From assembly GCA_016290175.1 (NCBI GenBank), contig JAEETD010000001.1:14358-78357 (forward strand): 64,000 nucleotides of DNA, given 5' to 3'. Of the stretch, positions 61,102 through 64,000 are shown piece by piece. Both the position numbers and the translations under genes were made by a program. The number at the start of each line of letters is the position of its first letter. Position 1 is the first letter of the stretch. The notes under the pieces were generated by a model. That model did no database searches. It worked only from the letters and a program-made list of their open reading frames with translations, and was not told where the DNA came from. Source of the DNA: Prevotella sp. (GTDB lineage: Bacteria > Bacteroidota > Bacteroidia > Bacteroidales > Bacteroidaceae).

Positions 61102-62139
61102 TTACAACTTCGTAAGCTTTCTTAGCATCACCTTATTCACCCTCTGTATCCGTTTGCCGCGTTTCTCGATGTCTTCACGTACATTATTTATATTATTAAA
61201 GAAGTCACTGAAGGCGTTCAACAGGAAATTCGGCTGGCTGGCATCTTCGATGGCTTCTGGATTAGTCACGATCTTGATACCACCCGGCTCGATATGCACA
61301 TCAATATCGGCATCGGTCATGATGGGGTCGCCGTCGAAATGGATGGCACCGGGTCCCTTGCGGTGGATATGGATCTGCTTGGCGCGGAAGGTCTTTATCT
61401 TCGAATTGTTGCCGAAGGTCTTCATAAACAGGTCGGCAGCAATCTGCGGGGCATCGAGCACATCAAAGGGCTCCATGATCACCACATCCATCTCGCCGTC
61501 TTTCATCGTAGCTCCTGGGGCGATATAGGCATTATTACCGTATTGCGAAGCGTTGGCACAGGCTATCAGGAAGGCCTTATATTTCCTTGCACCTGTCTCA
61601 TCGCTTACTTCATAAGTCTCGGGCTTGTATTTCAGCCCCTCTTTCAGCACGTTCTCAACGTAGGTGATAGGCCCTCGTTTGCCGGCCTCCGCAAACTTCA
61701 GCGAGATAAATGCGTCGAAGCCCATGCCGCAGGTGCAGAAGAAGGGCAGCTCGTTGATCACACCATAGTCGAAATCCTCTATCTTACAGGCATTGATGGT
61801 TTCCACAGCTTTCTTGACATCGAGGGGCAGACAGAGATGGCGGGCAAGTCCGTTACCAGAGCCGCAGGGAATGATGCCCAGGGCGGTCTGCGTGTGTGTC
61901 AGCGAACGCGCCACCTCGTTCACCGTGCCGTCGCCACCTACGGCAACAACGATGTCCTGACCGTTTTCTGCGCATTCCTTGGCAATCTCCGAGGCGTGTC
62001 CGCGATACTCGGTAAAGCACAGTTCATAATTAAACTGCTCTAGGTCGAGCACCGATTCGATGATTTTTGGTATTTCCTCCTTCGAATGTGTGCCCGATAT
62101 CGGATTGATAATGAATGATATCTCTTTCTTTTTCTCCAT
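61102..62139 (-). CDS. YegS/diacylglycerol kinase-family lipid kinase (candidate sphinganine kinase)
   Basis: IINPISG, VGGDGTVNE, PCGSGNGLAR, GMGFDA, QYGNNA, HFDGD. Start set at MEKKKE. Confidence 0.9.
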   Translation of the reverse strand: MEKKKEISFIINPISGTHSKEEIPKIIESVLDLEQFNYELCFTEYRGHASEIAKECAENGQDIVVAVGGDGTVNEVARSLTHTQTALGIIPCGSGNGLARHLCLPLDVKKAVETINACKIEDFDYGVINELPFFCTCGMGFDAFISLKFAEAGKRGPITYVENVLKEGLKYKPETYEVSDETGARKYKAFLIACANASQYGNNAYIAPGATMKDGEMDVVIMEPFDVLDAPQIAADLFMKTFGNNSKIKTFRAKQIHIHRKGPGAIHFDGDPIMTDADIDVHIEPGGIKIVTNPEAIEDASQPNFLLNAFSDFFNNINNVREDIEKRGKRIQRVNKVMLRKLTKL

Positions 62140-62298
62140 ATTTCGATGCAAAAATACGAAAATCTGATGAAAAATGCATGATTTATCCAAGAAAAAACAA
62201 TTAAAACGACATTTATTAAGATTTTCTTGCACGTTTTGCCAAAAAATGTGTAACTTTGCAGGCTGAAACAAAAAAGTTAAAAACTTACCAATATCGGA

Positions 62299-63486
62299 AT
62301 GGGACAGTTACAAGAAAGATACAAGCATTATCGTGAACCTCAGAAGTACATGGAGGCTGACGTATACCCTTATTTCCGCGCGATTGAGGGAAAGCAGGGA
62401 ACAGAGGTTGAAATGGGCGGCCATAAGGTGCTGATGTTCGGATCGAATGCTTATACCGGTCTGACAGGCGACCAGCGTATTATCGATGCGGCGAAAGCTG
62501 CGCTCGACAAGTACGGCTCTGGTTGCGCAGGAAGCCGATTCCTCAACGGAACGCTCGACCTGCATGTGCAGCTGGAGAAGGAAATCTCGAAATTTATCGG
62601 CAAGGACGACTGCCTGTGCTTCTCTACGGGCTTCTCCGTCAATCAGGGTGTGATTCCCGCACTGCTGAGCAAGGACGACTACGTGATCTGCGATGACCGC
62701 GACCACGCATCCATCGTCGACGGACGTCGTCTGGCCTTTGCCAAGCAGCTGCACTACAAGCACAACGACATGCAGGATCTCGAGCGCGTGCTCCAGAAAC
62801 TGCCTCAGGAGTCTATCAAGCTCATCGTCATCGACGGTGTGTTCTCGATGGAGGGCGACCTCGCAAAGCTTCCTGAGATTGTGGAATTGAAACATAAGTA
62901 CAACTGCTCGATCATGGTCGACGAGGCTCATGGCATCGGCGTCTTCGGCAAACAGGGTAGGGGCGTGTGCGATCACTTCGGCCTGACCGACGAGGTGGAT
63001 CTCATCATGGGAACCTTCTCCAAGTCGCTTGCCTCCATCGGTGGTTTCATCGCTGCCGACTCAGATACCATCAACTGGCTGCGTCACACCTGCCGCACTT
63101 ATATTTTCTCGGCTTCGAACACGCCTGCTGCAACGGCTGCCGCAATGACTGCCCTGCATATCATCCAGGAGGAGCCACAGAGAATCCAGGCCCTGTGGGA
63201 TGTCACCAACTACGCCCTGAAGCGTTTCCGTGAGGAAGGCTTCGAGATTGGCGACACCGAGAGCCCCATCATTCCCCTCTATGTGCGCGATGTGGAGAAG
63301 ACCTTCCTCGTGACAGCCTTGGCTTTCAAGGCTGGTGTCTTCATCAACCCCGTCATTCCGCCTGCCTGTGCACCTCAGGACACGCTCGTCCGCTACGCCC
63401 TGATGGCCACGCATACCAAGGAGCAGGTAGACCGCTCGGTGGTTGCCCTGAAGAAGATCTTCGTAGAGCAAGGAATCATCAAGTAG
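62299..63486 (+). CDS. spt: Serine palmitoyltransferase (AOS family, PLP)
   Basis: VYPYFR, MFGSN, GCAGSRFLNGTLDLH, DHASI, VDEAHG, GTFSKS; resembles Bacteroides SPT; divergent from a lipid kinase gene. Confidence 0.88.
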   Translation: MGQLQERYKHYREPQKYMEADVYPYFRAIEGKQGTEVEMGGHKVLMFGSNAYTGLTGDQRIIDAAKAALDKYGSGCAGSRFLNGTLDLHVQLEKEISKFIGKDDCLCFSTGFSVNQGVIPALLSKDDYVICDDRDHASIVDGRRLAFAKQLHYKHNDMQDLERVLQKLPQESIKLIVIDGVFSMEGDLAKLPEIVELKHKYNCSIMVDEAHGIGVFGKQGRGVCDHFGLTDEVDLIMGTFSKSLASIGGFIAADSDTINWLRHTCRTYIFSASNTPAATAAAMTALHIIQEEPQRIQALWDVTNYALKRFREEGFEIGDTESPIIPLYVRDVEKTFLVTALAFKAGVFINPVIPPACAPQDTLVRYALMATHTKEQVDRSVVALKKIFVEQGIIK

Positions 63487-63629
63487 TGAAAAACGGAGAA
63501 ATGAAAAGTGAAAAACGAGGCTTGGAAACGAGGTTTAATCGTTAAATAATGCCAAGGCGCAGCAATTTTTCACTTTTCACTTCTCTCTTTTCATTTATTT
63601 TTAGTACCTTTGCACCCGCTTAGAATAAT

Positions 63630-63702
63630 CGGGGCGTAGCGCAGTTGGTAGCGTTCCTGGTTTGGGACCAGGCTGTCGCAGGTTCGAGTCCTGTCGCCCC
63701 GA
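63630..63702 (+). tRNA. tRNA-Pro(TGG)
   Basis: CGGGGCGTAGCGCAGTTGGTAGCG...CCTGGTTTGGGACCAGG...GGTTCGAGTCCTGTCGCCCCGA; -7 box at 63605-63612. Confidence 0.96.
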
Positions 63703-63711
63703 CATCATATT

Positions 63712-63747
63712 ATCCCTTCGCAGATTCCTCTGCGAGGGGATTTCTTT
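63712..63747 (+). terminator. Terminator after tRNA-Pro
   Basis: atcccttcgcaga...tctgcgaggggat, followed by ttcttt. Confidence 0.72.
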
Positions 63748-63879
63748 ATATTCGATGTCACATTAGAACACTTATTGACAATCTTATGCAAAACACCCCA
63801 CTTTTACACACAAATATTTGGTATTATCGATTATTTTCTCTATATTTGCCAAACATTATTATTTAAAACCTATAGCTAT

Positions 63880-64000
63880 ATGAGAAAATCAACTTTACTC
63901 TTTTTGATGATGCTCGTGCTTGGTGTCAATGCCCAGCCTATCAGCGAGCAGGAGGCTTTACAGAAAGCCAGGCAGTTCCTTCAGGGAAAGAACATCGTGA
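63880..64000 (+). CDS. Secreted protein, 5' fragment (possibly a C10 peptidase precursor)
   Basis: MRKSTLLFLMMLVLGVNA|QPISEQEALQKARQFLQGK; the propeptide start resembles Bacteroidota C10 proteases; truncated by the window end. Confidence 0.5.
   Translation, partial: MRKSTLLFLMMLVLGVNAQPISEQEALQKARQFLQGKNIV

Noticed and set aside
62299-63486. bioF or kbl assignment for the AOS enzyme
   Set aside because: The VYPYFR/MFGSN/GSRFLNGTLDLH pattern and the lipid-kinase neighbour fit Bacteroidota SPT better.

Overview
This is a chromosomal window from a Bacteroidota organism, most likely Prevotella-like. The evidence is TAnnTTTG -7 promoter boxes, AT-rich translation starts, short RpoD, spt, and DUF5103/DUF4301/DUF2027-type genes. 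Most of it is housekeeping: hisG (partial), rpsA, gdhA, rlmH, relA, nadE, clpC, gyrA, rsmG, AddAB-like helicase/nuclease, a sigma factor, uvrA, uxaB/uxuB/uxuA, cstA, nadC, hisB, spt, and tRNA-Arg/Cys/Pro. One 3.4-kb accessory islet (about 24.2-27.6 kb) lies between a TPR gene and the 3' end of tRNA-Arg(TCT). It reads on the minus strand: a 44-aa YxKP...LAGS peptide, a fimbrillin-like lipoprotein with a CLec-like C-terminus (possible remote DGR target), three GC hairpins, six 41-bp palindromic repeats (TTCCCG-N5-CGGGAA), and a DUF6261-like gene with a Gly-rich tail. The array plus DUF6261-like gene is the best candidate for an undescribed system. A second theme is short-period (7/8/9-bp) repeats, found next to promoters and as in-frame insertions in uvrA and two cell-wall enzymes. 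All family calls come from motif recognition only; no database search was run.
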